Positions 18,948-28,702 of a stretch of DNA of 64,000 nt are shown piece after piece (position 1 is the stretch's first letter; each line of letters opens with the position of its first letter). This stretch comes from Dehalococcoidia bacterium. GTDB taxonomy: Bacteria > Chloroflexota > Dehalococcoidia > Plut-88900. The translations under genes and the position numbers were made by a program. The notes under the pieces are model-generated. The model did no database searches. It worked only from the letters and a program-made list of their open reading frames with translations, and was not told the origin of the DNA. The stretch is taken from assembly GCA_965207225.1 (NCBI GenBank), contig CBDBLV010000004.1:512001-576000 (forward strand), written 5' to 3'.

Positions 18948-20168
18948 ATGCCCGACTCTCAATTCGACATCGCCATTATCGGCGGCGGCATTATCGGCCT
19001 CGCCACCGCCCTCCAGATCTCCCGACGCTTCCCTTCCGCCAAATGCGTCGTCCTCGAAAAGGAAGCCTCCCTCGGACAGCACCAGACCGGCCACAACAAC
19101 TGCTGCATTCACACCGGCATCTACTACCGCACCGGCTCCCTCAAGGCCCGGAACTGTGTACGCGGCGCCCGGCTCCTCAAGGAGTTCTGCGACCAGAACG
19201 GCGTCGACTACGAAAACTGTGGCAAGGTCATCGTCGCAACTTCCGAGTCCGAGGTCCCTTCCCTTGAAGAGCTTTACCGCCGGGGCACGGCCAACGGCGT
19301 ATCCGGCCTCCAGGTCATAAGCCCCGAGAGACTCCGCGAAATCGAGCCCCACGCCAGCGGTGTCAAGGCCATCCACTCCCCCGAGACCGCCATCGTCGAC
19401 TACAACGAAGTCACCGACGCCTATGCCAGTCTCTTACAGGAGTCGGGGGGAGAAGTCCTTACGGGCGCGCGCGTCTCCTCTATCGCCTCCCGATCCGACG
19501 GCCTGACCATCAACACCACACGGGGCTCGGTCTCCACCCGCTACCTCGTCAACTGTGCAGGTCTTCACGCCGACAGCATTGCCGCCATGGCCGGTGTCCG
19601 GACCAATGTCCGCCTCATCCCCTTCCGCGGCGAGTTCTACGCCCTTAAGCCCAACGTCAGAGGCCTAGTCCGCAATCTCATTTACCCCGTCCCCGACCCG
19701 CGCTTCCCCTTCTTGGGCGCTACCTTCGGCAGGATCAAGGGCGGGGTCATCCGATGCGGCCCCAACGCCATGGTTGCCGGGTCCCGGGAGGGGTACTCAA
19801 TCACCACCCTTGATCCGTCAGAGGTCTGGTCCATAGCCTCCCAGCCCGCCTTCTGGCGCATGGCCGCCCGCTACTGGCGCACCGGATTCCAGGAAATCTA
19901 CTTCTCCCTCAGCAAGGCCGCGTTTGTCCGGTCTATGCAGAAGCTCGTCCCCGAGATCAACCCCAGCGATCTGGAAAAGTGGGGCAGCGGAGTCCGGGCC
20001 CAGGCCATCCTCCCTGACGGCTCCCTAGTAGACGATTTCGTCATCGAAGAGACATCCAACGCCGTCCACGTCATCAACGCCCCGTCACCCGGGGCCACAT
20101 CTTCACTCTCAATTGGACTCTACGTTGCGGACCGCGCAGCCGCCATCTTCGACCTTCCCACCCCCTAG
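18948..20168 (+). CDS. L-2-hydroxyglutarate oxidase-like FAD oxidoreductase (divergent paralog)
   Basis: GGGIIG, HQTGHNNCCIHTGIYY, IPFRGE, IYPVPDPRFPFLG, GVRAQA, NAPSPGATSSL. Confidence 0.88.
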   Translation: MPDSQFDIAIIGGGIIGLATALQISRRFPSAKCVVLEKEASLGQHQTGHNNCCIHTGIYYRTGSLKARNCVRGARLLKEFCDQNGVDYENCGKVIVATSESEVPSLEELYRRGTANGVSGLQVISPERLREIEPHASGVKAIHSPETAIVDYNEVTDAYASLLQESGGEVLTGARVSSIASRSDGLTINTTRGSVSTRYLVNCAGLHADSIAAMAGVRTNVRLIPFRGEFYALKPNVRGLVRNLIYPVPDPRFPFLGATFGRIKGGVIRCGPNAMVAGSREGYSITTLDPSEVWSIASQPAFWRMAARYWRTGFQEIYFSLSKAAFVRSMQKLVPEINPSDLEKWGSGVRAQAILPDGSLVDDFVIEETSNAVHVINAPSPGATSSLSIGLYVADRAAAIFDLPTP

Positions 20169-20171
20169 CCT

Positions 20172-20930
20172 CTACTCCTTCACCCCCCAGCACCACGCAG
20201 CCGGAGTACCCACCCCCCTTACCCCTACTACCCGTCCCCCTTGGCCTTCCACCCACGCCGATACTTCCTCTCCGTCAATCGGCGCCCCGTCCCAGGTCTT
20301 TCCCGCTTCCCGGGTATCGATCCCGAACAGACGGGGCAAAAGCGGCACCTTGCACCTATCCAAAACGCCCCAAATTACCCTCTCCCTCCACCCGATCTTT
20401 CGCTCCGTCTCACCGTTGTACTGGAACAAGAATCCTCCCGCGGGCCTCAACGTCCGCAGCATTTCAGCCACGTTCCTGAGGACTATCTCCTTTTCCGGCA
20501 CATGCTGGAACACCAGGAAACTGAAGGCAAAGTCCAGGCTCCCGCCCTCAATAGACGAGAGGTCAAATCCGTTCGTGATCTCCCACCTCACATTACCCAG
20601 TTCGGAGCAATAGCCTCGGGCCCGTTCAACCATCTCCCCCGATACGTCCGTTGCGTGCACAGACCTAAACCGCGCCGCCAACGCTCTCGTCATCCGCCCC
20701 ACCCCACACCCCAGCTCTAGCATCCCCGACTTGCTGGCATCCAACCCGAGTTCTCTAATCACGGGGTCCACGAACAACTCGCGGTCCCTCTTCCCTGACT
20801 CGAAGAACTCTTCTATGTCCCATTTGTGCCCGACCTTCCACGTCGAGTAGTAGAATGCGTCCGCCCGCGCCCGCTCATCCCAGTCCCGGCTCATCCTCGT
20901 GCCCCATTCACTCTTGGTCCGTTCGTTCAT
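20172..20930 (-). CDS. Class I SAM-dependent methyltransferase
   Basis: MLELGCGVGR, TDVSGEM, DFAFSFLVFQH, LRPAG. Start uncertain. Confidence 0.85.
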   Translation of the reverse strand: MNERTKSEWGTRMSRDWDERARADAFYYSTWKVGHKWDIEEFFESGKRDRELFVDPVIRELGLDASKSGMLELGCGVGRMTRALAARFRSVHATDVSGEMVERARGYCSELGNVRWEITNGFDLSSIEGGSLDFAFSFLVFQHVPEKEIVLRNVAEMLRTLRPAGGFLFQYNGETERKIGWRERVIWGVLDRCKVPLLPRLFGIDTREAGKTWDGAPIDGEEVSAWVEGQGGRVVGVRGVGTPAAWCWGVKE

Positions 20931-21058
20931 TATCTTTCTGTACTGAATATCACCCGAACGCAACCTCCATTGCCCGAAAGACGGAGCCGGGCGTGAGGAG
21001 GTAGAATGGCCGTCGGCGGCCTTGCCGGGTTCTGAAGGTTAGCAAAGGTGTACATTAA

Positions 21059-21889
21059 ATGATTCGACGCGTAGCAATTATAGGCGCCGGCAGGTTCGCA
21101 GAGGTCATGCTCGACGTCATGACCACCCCCGAGGAGCGCGCCGCGGGATTCGAAGTCGTCGCTTCCCACCGCCGTCCCGAACGTCGGGCCGAACTCCAAC
21201 AGCGCTACAACATCACCGTCTACGCTGACAACCGTGAGGCCTGCCACGATGCAGACGTTGTATACACCCTTGTCCGTCCTGACCAGATGGCCAACCTAAT
21301 GAAGGAAATCGGCCCTGTCATCACGGATGACCAGGTCCTCGCTGCTGGGGCCGCGACCCTTCCCATGTCGTTCTACAGGCCCTTCCTCGCCTCCAAATGC
21401 ACCCTGTCCTGGGTTTTTCCTACGCCCTTCATGCGCCAGAAATCCGGTTTCCTGGCGCTCTGCCCCGAGCCCGGCTCCAACCCCGACCGCATCCATGACC
21501 TCGAGTCCTACTGGTCTCGCTTCTGCGAGCGGATAATCACCATCGACGAGCGGGCCATGGACACCTTCGTCCTGCTCCACGCCGCGGGTCTCACATTCCT
21601 CTGGCCGATTATGAAGGCGTACGTGGAATTCGGAGCAGCCAACGGTCTTACACGGGAAGAGGCGCAGGCAATAACCCTCAGCACATTTGTAAATGGCGGA
21701 CACTGGATGGAGCAAAACGACTCCAGCCCCATGGGCATCGAAGGCATGATGGAGGAATTCTCCGTTCCCGGAAGCCTGACTGCAGCCGGCCTGTCAGTCC
21801 TCCGCCGTAACTTCGTAGAGTCCCTCTACGCCCAGACCCTTGAGACCGGCATGTCCCAGGCCCGGGCCAACAGAGAGATTGCAGGCTAG
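21059..21889 (+). CDS. Pyrroline-5-carboxylate reductase-like NAD(P)H oxidoreductase (divergent)
   Basis: VAIIGAG Rossmann motif, LVRPDQ, GLTREEA, and SVPGSLTAAGL resembling ProC TSPGGTT. Confidence 0.65.
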   Translation: MIRRVAIIGAGRFAEVMLDVMTTPEERAAGFEVVASHRRPERRAELQQRYNITVYADNREACHDADVVYTLVRPDQMANLMKEIGPVITDDQVLAAGAATLPMSFYRPFLASKCTLSWVFPTPFMRQKSGFLALCPEPGSNPDRIHDLESYWSRFCERIITIDERAMDTFVLLHAAGLTFLWPIMKAYVEFGAANGLTREEAQAITLSTFVNGGHWMEQNDSSPMGIEGMMEEFSVPGSLTAAGLSVLRRNFVESLYAQTLETGMSQARANREIAG

Positions 21890-22254
21890 CAGCCCTCCGC
21901 AAGGACAAACTCATTGCCGTCCGGGTCTGCAAAAATGGCGAATGACCCCCATTTCATCTTCGTGGGCATCTGCGAAAACTCCACCCCCAGCCCCGACAAC
22001 CGACGGTATTCTGCATCAACATCCTCGCACCCAAACACAACCGAAGGCTTCCGCCTGTCCCAGTCCTGCATCATCTCCCGCGGGTAAATAACAATTCGAG
22101 ACTGCGCCCCCGGAGGCGCCACTTCTAACCATCTCCCCTGCCGGCCCATTGAAAGATCTGCCCTCACCTCAAACCCTAGCGCCTCCGTGTAGAAACGTAG
22201 CGCCGCATCCTGGTCAGAAACGTACACCCCAACAGTCCTGATATTGCTTATCAT
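21886..22254 (-). CDS. VOC/glyoxalase family protein
   Basis: VYVSDQDAALRFYTEALGF, RWLEVAPPG, WGSFAIFADPDGNEF. Confidence 0.9.
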   Translation of the reverse strand: MISNIRTVGVYVSDQDAALRFYTEALGFEVRADLSMGRQGRWLEVAPPGAQSRIVIYPREMMQDWDRRKPSVVFGCEDVDAEYRRLSGLGVEFSQMPTKMKWGSFAIFADPDGNEFVLAEGC

Positions 22255-22278
22255 CCATCAAATTCTCCGGCTCATTGA

Positions 22279-22298
22279 CTCAGAGGTCAAACTCTGAG
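22279..22298. promoter_or_regulatory. Dyad operator candidate between divergent genes
   Basis: CTCAGAG-gtcaaa-CTCTGAG overlapping TTGACT (+) and TTGACC (-) hexamers. Confidence 0.4.
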
Positions 22299-22386
22299 GA
22301 TAACGTCCCATGTCGGACGGGTGGCTACCCGACCTTTTTCTGGCATACCCTAGACACAACGAATTCTCTTACACATCAGGAAGGAC

Positions 22387-23631
22387 ATACCAGTTACCAC
22401 TAGACCGAGGCTCTTTTACGGCTGGTGGATCGTCATCGCCGCGGTCCCCGTATCCATCATCACCGGCGCATTCTTCTATGGCTTCTCCGCCCTCTTCGAC
22501 CCCATTCTCGAAGAGTTTGGATGGTCCAGAGCCGTCACCTCCGTGGCTTTTGCCCTTCAGCAGGGCGAAAGTGGCATCGCCGCGCCCCTTGTGGGCGTTC
22601 TTGTAGATAGGCTCGGCCCCAGACGCGTGATCTTCGTAGGAGGCATTGTATACGGCCTCGGCTTCCTGCTACTCGGTCGCATCGATAGCCTCTGGCTTTT
22701 CTACGCTACCTTTCTCGTCATCTCTGTCGGCAGCAGCGGTTGCAACCCTATCGTCATGTATATCGGTGCCGCCCAGTGGTTCCGCCGCAAGCAGGGCCGG
22801 GCTATGGCCCTTATCGCCAGTGGGTCGGCTTTCAGTGGCATCATGGTCTACCTACTGGTCGTCCTCATCAACGCCTACGGTTGGCGAAACACCGTTTTCG
22901 TCATGGGAGTCGCATCCTGGATCATCGTCCTTCCCCTGGCCTTGGTCTTTCGACATCGACCCCAGCAATACGGCCTCTCCCCCGACGGCGGATCCGTCAC
23001 AAGAGCTTCCACCTCCCACCCCCGACGCCAGGAGATCGACTTCCCATTCCGCAGGGCCATAGCCACCCGCACATTCTGGTATCTGGGCGCCGTCTTCACC
23101 CTATGGACCCTAGTCCACGGCGCCGTCATTTCCCAGCTTATCTCCGCTCTCACCCTGGATGGCGAAGTTTCCAGGAACATAGCCGGTATTGCTGGTGCTG
23201 CCGTACCCCTCTTCAGCCTGATCGGCCGCCTCGGCTTCGGTACCCTCTCGGATTTCGTAGACAAGAACCTGGTAGTTGTCATCAGCCTTGCCATTCAGGC
23301 CGTGGGCCTGGTCCTATTCGTCAACCCCGCTTCACCCTTCCTGGCCATAGCCGGGTCCTTCTTCTACGGGGTGGGGTCGGGTGGGGTTATACCTGTCCGC
23401 TCTGCCCTCCAGGCCGACCTTTTCGGGGCCCGAAACTTCGGCGCCATCCAGGGCGGCCTCCGATTCCTCGCCACCGCCGGTGGCATAGCAGGTCCTATCA
23501 TGGCCGGCTTCATCGCCGACGTGCAGGACTCCTACGCCCTCTTCTATTTCATCGCCATCGGTGCCCTCGCCCTCACCGCCGTCTTCGTCATACTCCTCCG
23601 CCAGCCCCACCCCCCAAGGCGCCTCGCTTAG
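22387..23631 (+). CDS. MFS transporter (no canonical start codon for the N-terminal part)
   Basis: The frame of ORF 22543..23631 stays open upstream through RPRLFYGWWIVIAA..FGWSRA, which matches the other MFS N-termini, back to a TAG at 22351. Confidence 0.8.
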   Translation: MPVTTRPRLFYGWWIVIAAVPVSIITGAFFYGFSALFDPILEEFGWSRAVTSVAFALQQGESGIAAPLVGVLVDRLGPRRVIFVGGIVYGLGFLLLGRIDSLWLFYATFLVISVGSSGCNPIVMYIGAAQWFRRKQGRAMALIASGSAFSGIMVYLLVVLINAYGWRNTVFVMGVASWIIVLPLALVFRHRPQQYGLSPDGGSVTRASTSHPRRQEIDFPFRRAIATRTFWYLGAVFTLWTLVHGAVISQLISALTLDGEVSRNIAGIAGAAVPLFSLIGRLGFGTLSDFVDKNLVVVISLAIQAVGLVLFVNPASPFLAIAGSFFYGVGSGGVIPVRSALQADLFGARNFGAIQGGLRFLATAGGIAGPIMAGFIADVQDSYALFYFIAIGALALTAVFVILLRQPHPPRRLA

Positions 23632-23640
23632 CAAGCCATT

Positions 23641-24765
23641 TCATCGTAAAGTGGTTGGCTGGCCTGCAGAATTCTCCCGCCCTAACCCATACCTCCCCAC
23701 TACCCTCGACTCCTCCCCTCTCCACACCTCCCTCGCCACAGTCTGCCCCACGATAGCCGCAAGAGTTATCCCACTGTGCATAGCCGCCACATACACCCCC
23801 TCCACCCCCGGCACCCGACCTATCAGCGGCAGACCATCCTCCGGCATCGGCCTCAACCCGATCCTAAACTCGGTTATCTCCAGCTCTCCGAGCCCCTTGA
23901 TATCCCGTGCTGCTACATCTCTCAGTCCATACAGCCAGGAAGGCACGCTAGAAGTTTCCGTGTATTCATCGGCAAGGACATCGAAAGCGTCACTGCCAAT
24001 CTGCAAGCCCCCGTCTTCGGTTGGCCTGCAGTGATAAATGCCCGGGTAGACGACACCCTTCAACAGGGGCTTCGGCGGCTTGAAGACCGCCAGCACCCCC
24101 ACCGTCCGACCCATCGGCAGCTGGTATCCGAGCGGCGCCAGCAGCCCCCCACTCGACACTCCTGCCGCTACAACCACCTCGTCTCCGGCAACGAAACCCT
24201 CCGTAGTATCCACCCCTCTCACCCTACCCCCGCAGATCGTGATCTCAACCACAGAGCACGAGTCCGCAATCCGCGTGCCCATTTCCGTCGCTCTTTCGCA
24301 GAGCGACCGGGCCAAAGTTGTCCCTTCTACCCACCTCTCGTTGGGCAGGTGCAGCACCGGGCCCCAGTGGTCCCTGACCCGGACATTTGGTTCTATCTCC
24401 GCCGCCTGCTCCGGGTTCAATACTTCGTGGGGATAGTCCCACTCCTCCAACTCGGCCAGAACTCTGTCAAACGTCTTCAGCCCACCGACCATGGAGGCCG
24501 GCCAATGCAGCGCCCCCCGAGACCCTATCCCACTCCCCGGCCCCAGTTCTTCCTCGAGTCTGTCATATGCCTCGACACCTAGCCGGCTGAACCTGTGATA
24601 GTGCTCGGGCCGCTTCAAAACAGCGTTGACGTAAGCAGTGGACGCCCCCGACGTCCCACCCCCCACCCTACCCCGCTCTACTACAGTCACCCGTGCACCC
24701 TCTTTGCTGAGGTAGTAAGCTATGGCCGAACCGACAACCCCGGCTCCAATTACAATTACCTGCAA
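23641..24765 (-). CDS. FAD-dependent oxidoreductase, DadA/DAAO family
   Basis: VIVIGAGVVG, GTSGAS, GLRPMPEDGLPLIG, MHSGITLA. Confidence 0.88.
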   Translation of the reverse strand: MQVIVIGAGVVGSAIAYYLSKEGARVTVVERGRVGGGTSGASTAYVNAVLKRPEHYHRFSRLGVEAYDRLEEELGPGSGIGSRGALHWPASMVGGLKTFDRVLAELEEWDYPHEVLNPEQAAEIEPNVRVRDHWGPVLHLPNERWVEGTTLARSLCERATEMGTRIADSCSVVEITICGGRVRGVDTTEGFVAGDEVVVAAGVSSGGLLAPLGYQLPMGRTVGVLAVFKPPKPLLKGVVYPGIYHCRPTEDGGLQIGSDAFDVLADEYTETSSVPSWLYGLRDVAARDIKGLGELEITEFRIGLRPMPEDGLPLIGRVPGVEGVYVAAMHSGITLAAIVGQTVAREVWRGEESRVVGRYGLGRENSAGQPTTLR

Positions 24766-24829
24766 GTTGTGACCTCTAGAGCAATACCGAAATTACCAAC
24801 CCGGACGACTGGAACGGAATCATACACTA

Positions 24830-25606
24830 ATGACCATTGAAGATCTCAAGCTGAAGGCCATCAACATAGCTCCTATCAAGTCCCTCGGACTTTCCCACCC
24901 GACAACTGTCCATGTCGTAGAAAAAGGCATTGTCGAAGATCGGCGCTTCCACGTTATCGACGACAGGGGCAGGCTGATGACCCAGCGGCAGATCGCCCGC
25001 ATGGTGCAGATTCAGGCCGATTACCGCCTCGAACCCGAGAGCCTCTCCCTGACCTTCCCCGATGGGACTTCAATCCAGGGCCCGCCGCAAACGGAAGAGA
25101 GCGTGTCTACCTTCATATTCGGGCGCATGGTCAAGGGAAACGTTGTAGCCGGAGACTTCAATCAGGCACTATCTACCTTCTGCGGCGCCAATCTCCGGCT
25201 GGTCAAGTCCGAAACTCCCGGCCAGGCCCAGGACGCCTACCCCATTTCCATCCTATCCCAAGGCTCACTCGACCAGCTCGCCAATCAAGCAGGCCTCGCG
25301 ACTCCCTTGGACAGCCGACGCTTCCGCCCCAACTTCCTCATCCACAACTCCACCCCCCACGAAGAAGATGCATGGGTGGGAAGCGAAGTTGCAGTCGGTG
25401 ATGAAGTGCTAATCAGCGTCGTCTCCCGGGACCCGAGGTGCGCCATCACCACCCACGACCCTAACACCGGCCAGCGGGACATGAACACCCTCCGCATAAT
25501 CCTAGGCTACCGCCCCGACCCCCAGGCCGCCTATTTCGGCGTATATGGCAACGTTTCGTCCCCTGGTTCCGTATCCCTAGGGGACGCGGTCGCCCCTTTA
25601 GCCTAG
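24830..25606 (+). CDS. MOSC domain protein (YcbX/mARC-like)
   Basis: IAPIKSL, EDRRF, DAYPISILS, RRFRPN, RCAITTHDP, FGVYG. Confidence 0.9.
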   Translation: MTIEDLKLKAINIAPIKSLGLSHPTTVHVVEKGIVEDRRFHVIDDRGRLMTQRQIARMVQIQADYRLEPESLSLTFPDGTSIQGPPQTEESVSTFIFGRMVKGNVVAGDFNQALSTFCGANLRLVKSETPGQAQDAYPISILSQGSLDQLANQAGLATPLDSRRFRPNFLIHNSTPHEEDAWVGSEVAVGDEVLISVVSRDPRCAITTHDPNTGQRDMNTLRIILGYRPDPQAAYFGVYGNVSSPGSVSLGDAVAPLA

Positions 25607-26241
25607 TCTCCCACCCCCGGCACCCACAGCCCCTTACGCCTGCGGTCCTGGTCTATACGCTCCATCACCTGCTGGAACACCTCGTAAGGTTGTGCCCCGG
25701 AAATCAGGTACCGGTCCATGATGAACGCCGGCACCCCTGATATCCCATACGTCCGGGCCTGCATAAGTTGTTGGTCTACCGCCGGCCTGAATCTCCCTCC
25801 TCCTCCCGAGTCCTCGTACTCCTCCCAGTCCATCCCGCACTCCTCGAACAGGTCCTGCAATACGTCATCGGTGCCTATGTTCCGCCCCTCCTCCCAGAAT
25901 GCCCTGAAAACCGCCTTGTGAAAGTCGTCAAATTTGTCCTTCTCTTTTGCGAACTCCGTCGCCTGGAAAGCGGGAATCGTGTACGGCGTGATCTCCTGCC
26001 TCCGCATTTTCGACAGGCCCGCCTCCTCGGCCGCATCCTTCATGTGACCCCGAAGATCCGACGTTTCACCTTCCTTGAACGGCCGGGGAGTGCCCTCGGG
26101 GGGTGTTCCGGGGACCAGCTCAAATGCCTTCCACTCGATGTCTACGTCGTACTCCTCTGCCAGTCTTTCGGTCCGTTCCAGGCCGATGTAGCACCACGGT
26201 CAAATGTAGTCCGAGAATACCTGTACTTTCACGGGTTCCAT
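25603..26241 (-). CDS. DsbA/FrnE-family thiol oxidoreductase, probable selenoprotein (UGA at 26202-26200)
   Basis: MEPVKVQVFSDYI-UGA-PWCYIGL..WKAFEL.. continues in frame into ORF 25603..26043 (GISGVPAF, ISGAQP). SD GGTGA upstream. Confidence 0.88.
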
Positions 26242-26286
26242 GTCAAATCACCTGCCTGTCGCTTGGCTTTTTAAGGACGCCAATCG

Positions 26287-26315
26287 AGTCTAGGTAGGGA
26301 GTCTGCACATGTCAA
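26287..26315 (-). promoter_or_regulatory. Sigma70-type promoter for the DsbA-like gene
   Basis: TTGACA-N17-TAGACT. Confidence 0.65.
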
Positions 26316-26324
26316 TCGAGCCCC

Positions 26325-27290
26325 TTATAGCTTAGGCAATACCTCTTCCACCAATTTATGGGTATGCTCGTTCGGATCGTAGACTGGATTGAGCATCAGC
26401 ATGTCCAAGTCCTCCTCAACCACCCCGGACAGCTCTTCCGTCACCTGCTCTACCGTCCCGAACACCGCCACCCGGTCCGCCAGGTCGGCATCGTGGTAGT
26501 ATTCCCCGAACCACTGCCGCATCTTTAATCGAACGGACTCCCTATCCTCCCCAATCCCTAGAAATATCCTCTTCGATATCGGGTAAGTCCTCGGGTCCCG
26601 ACCCTCCTTCTCCAGCAAACCCCTCACGAACTTGATCTGTACCTTGAAGTCTGCAATCGTAGAGGCCCCCGCTCCCATCCATCCGTCCGCGTACTTGACT
26701 GCCCGCACGAGCGCCGCCTCAGCATGACCCCCTATCCAGATCGGAGCTCGGGGTTCCTGCAAGGGCTTCGGTGCCACTGTCGCATGGTTGAGCCGCAGGA
26801 ATCTTCCATTCAGGTCCACTGTTTCTTGTGTCCACAGCGCCTTGATGACCTCAATTTGCTCCTCGAACCTCGCCACCCGACCCTTGGGAGTCATCCCGAA
26901 CGCCGGATAAACGTGCGTGTCGCTCCCTATCCCTAGCCCCAGGATAAACCGACCCCCGCTTATGTGGTCCAGGCTTGCCCCCGACTTCGCCAGATGCACG
27001 GGGCTCCTGTAGGGCGTCACCACCACTGATATACCCAGCTTGACCCTTGTAGTGTGGCGAGCTGCGCAGGCCAGCAGCACGAACGGGTCCAGCGTTTGGA
27101 TTGTGCCTATAGCCTGGTCGTGGGTCCACACGCTGTCGAACCCCTGAGACTCCATCAGCTTCAGGTTCTCTTCGATTATCGAGATGTCGAACGGGCCATC
27201 GGGAAATGTCTGCGGAACGGCTATCCCCACCCTGGTCCGTTTGCCTATAACAATTCCGATTGTCTTGCTCCTCGCCTGGGCTGGGCCCAT
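26325..27290 (-). CDS. LLM-class flavin/F420-dependent oxidoreductase
   Basis: GFDSVWTHD, LDHISGGRFILGLGIG, PKPLQ..PIWIGG, ADGW. Start uncertain. Confidence 0.9.
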   Translation of the reverse strand: MGPAQARSKTIGIVIGKRTRVGIAVPQTFPDGPFDISIIEENLKLMESQGFDSVWTHDQAIGTIQTLDPFVLLACAARHTTRVKLGISVVVTPYRSPVHLAKSGASLDHISGGRFILGLGIGSDTHVYPAFGMTPKGRVARFEEQIEVIKALWTQETVDLNGRFLRLNHATVAPKPLQEPRAPIWIGGHAEAALVRAVKYADGWMGAGASTIADFKVQIKFVRGLLEKEGRDPRTYPISKRIFLGIGEDRESVRLKMRQWFGEYYHDADLADRVAVFGTVEQVTEELSGVVEEDLDMLMLNPVYDPNEHTHKLVEEVLPKL

Positions 27291-27349
27291 TGTAGCAGTC
27301 GGGCTTCCGACTGTGGACTCACCTCCCACTTGGCGTTAACCTTATTATC

Positions 27350-28702
27350 ATGGCCGAGACCTCCGCAGAGAGCCACGATCCAAGCCTTCTATCGGGCCCG
27401 GGCACCCGGGCAATCGAAAAGAGACCCCGGATCTTTTATGGCTGGTACATGGTCGCTTGCGGGTGGGTCTCCCTCACCCTCGGTTATGGAGTCCTCTTCT
27501 CTGCTCCGCTCATCTTCTTCGAGTCCTGGTCCGATACCTTCGGCTGGGCCCGAGGCACCATCTCCAACGCCTTCTCCCTAACCCTTCTCGTAGTGGCACT
27601 GACTTCTCCAGTAGCAGGCAAGATAACCGACAAATACGGTGCCCAGCCCGTAATGTTCTTCGGCGGCGTCACCATGGGGCTGGGCATACTACTGCTCCGC
27701 TGGATCGCCGAGCCTTGGCACCTCTACGGCGCCCTCATGATCGCCGCCCTCGGTTTCGCTTTTGCCGTTGCCGTTCCCGTCAACGTCCTTATAGCCCGCT
27801 GGTTCGAACGCAGAAGGAGCCTCGCCATCGCCATCACGTACACCGGTATCGGTGCAGGAGGTCTGGTCGGCATCCCCATAGCCGCCGCATTCATCAATCT
27901 CTACGGCTGGCACCTTACCAGTACGATCTTGGCCATTTCCGTGTGGGCTCTACAGATCCCTCTTAGCATCTTCGTCGTCCGCCGGGATCCCCAATCCCTG
28001 GGCCTCCTCCCCGACGGAGGCCCGGAACCCGTAGCCCTGCCCGAAGACCGCCTCGCCCGCTCGTCCCCTCTCCCCGAATCCATACCGGGTGTCACCCTCA
28101 GCAAGGCTACCAAAACCCTCAGGTTCTGGGTTGTTGGAATACTCTTTTTCATAGCCCTCTGCAGCTCTTTTGGCACCTTTACCCAGACCCAGCCCTTTCT
28201 CGGCGATCTTGGCTATGCACCCGAAGTCGCTACTGCCCTTCTCAGCATCAACGGCGGGATCGTCATTTTCAGCAAATTCATGTACGCCTACCTCAGCGAC
28301 AAGGTGCCCATTAAAGCCATACTTGGCACAGCCACCATCGGCGCAATGATGGCCCCGACCTTCATGTTCAGCGTAGTCTTCCTGGAAGGCCCGACCTTTA
28401 TGGGGCTGCTCATACCCCTTATCCTCGCCAGTGCGGGAACGGCTTTCAGTGCAATTGTGCCCATCGTCGCCGCCTCGTCTTTTGGGATCAGGCACGTGGG
28501 CGCCATTTCAGGAGCGCTGGGGAGTTTTGCCCTTTTCGGCATGGCCGCCGGCCCGACCGTCATCGGCAACCTCTACCAGCTGAACGATAGCTATTCCCTG
28601 CCCTCCGGCCTTTTCATGAGTTGCATGTTCGCCGCTTTCCTGATGCTCATCCTGGGCCCCTCCCTCGGCGGAGGTAAGTTCTGGGTCAAGAAGTCATCAT
28701 GA
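27350..28702 (+). CDS. MFS transporter
   Basis: IFYGWYMV, GKITDKYG, RWFERRRS, about 12 TM helices. Confidence 0.9.
   Translation: MAETSAESHDPSLLSGPGTRAIEKRPRIFYGWYMVACGWVSLTLGYGVLFSAPLIFFESWSDTFGWARGTISNAFSLTLLVVALTSPVAGKITDKYGAQPVMFFGGVTMGLGILLLRWIAEPWHLYGALMIAALGFAFAVAVPVNVLIARWFERRRSLAIAITYTGIGAGGLVGIPIAAAFINLYGWHLTSTILAISVWALQIPLSIFVVRRDPQSLGLLPDGGPEPVALPEDRLARSSPLPESIPGVTLSKATKTLRFWVVGILFFIALCSSFGTFTQTQPFLGDLGYAPEVATALLSINGGIVIFSKFMYAYLSDKVPIKAILGTATIGAMMAPTFMFSVVFLEGPTFMGLLIPLILASAGTAFSAIVPIVAASSFGIRHVGAISGALGSFALFGMAAGPTVIGNLYQLNDSYSLPSGLFMSCMFAAFLMLILGPSLGGGKFWVKKSS

Noticed and set aside
17544-19376. 610-aa minus-strand ORF
   Set aside because: Antisense shadow of the Rieske and LhgO-like genes. 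Gly/Val-rich with no motifs, as expected from biased codon usage.
25603-26241. DsbA gene as a pseudogene
   Set aside because: The single stop is TGA precisely at the catalytic Cys, and promoter, SD and the rest of the frame are intact. Sec recoding is more parsimonious.
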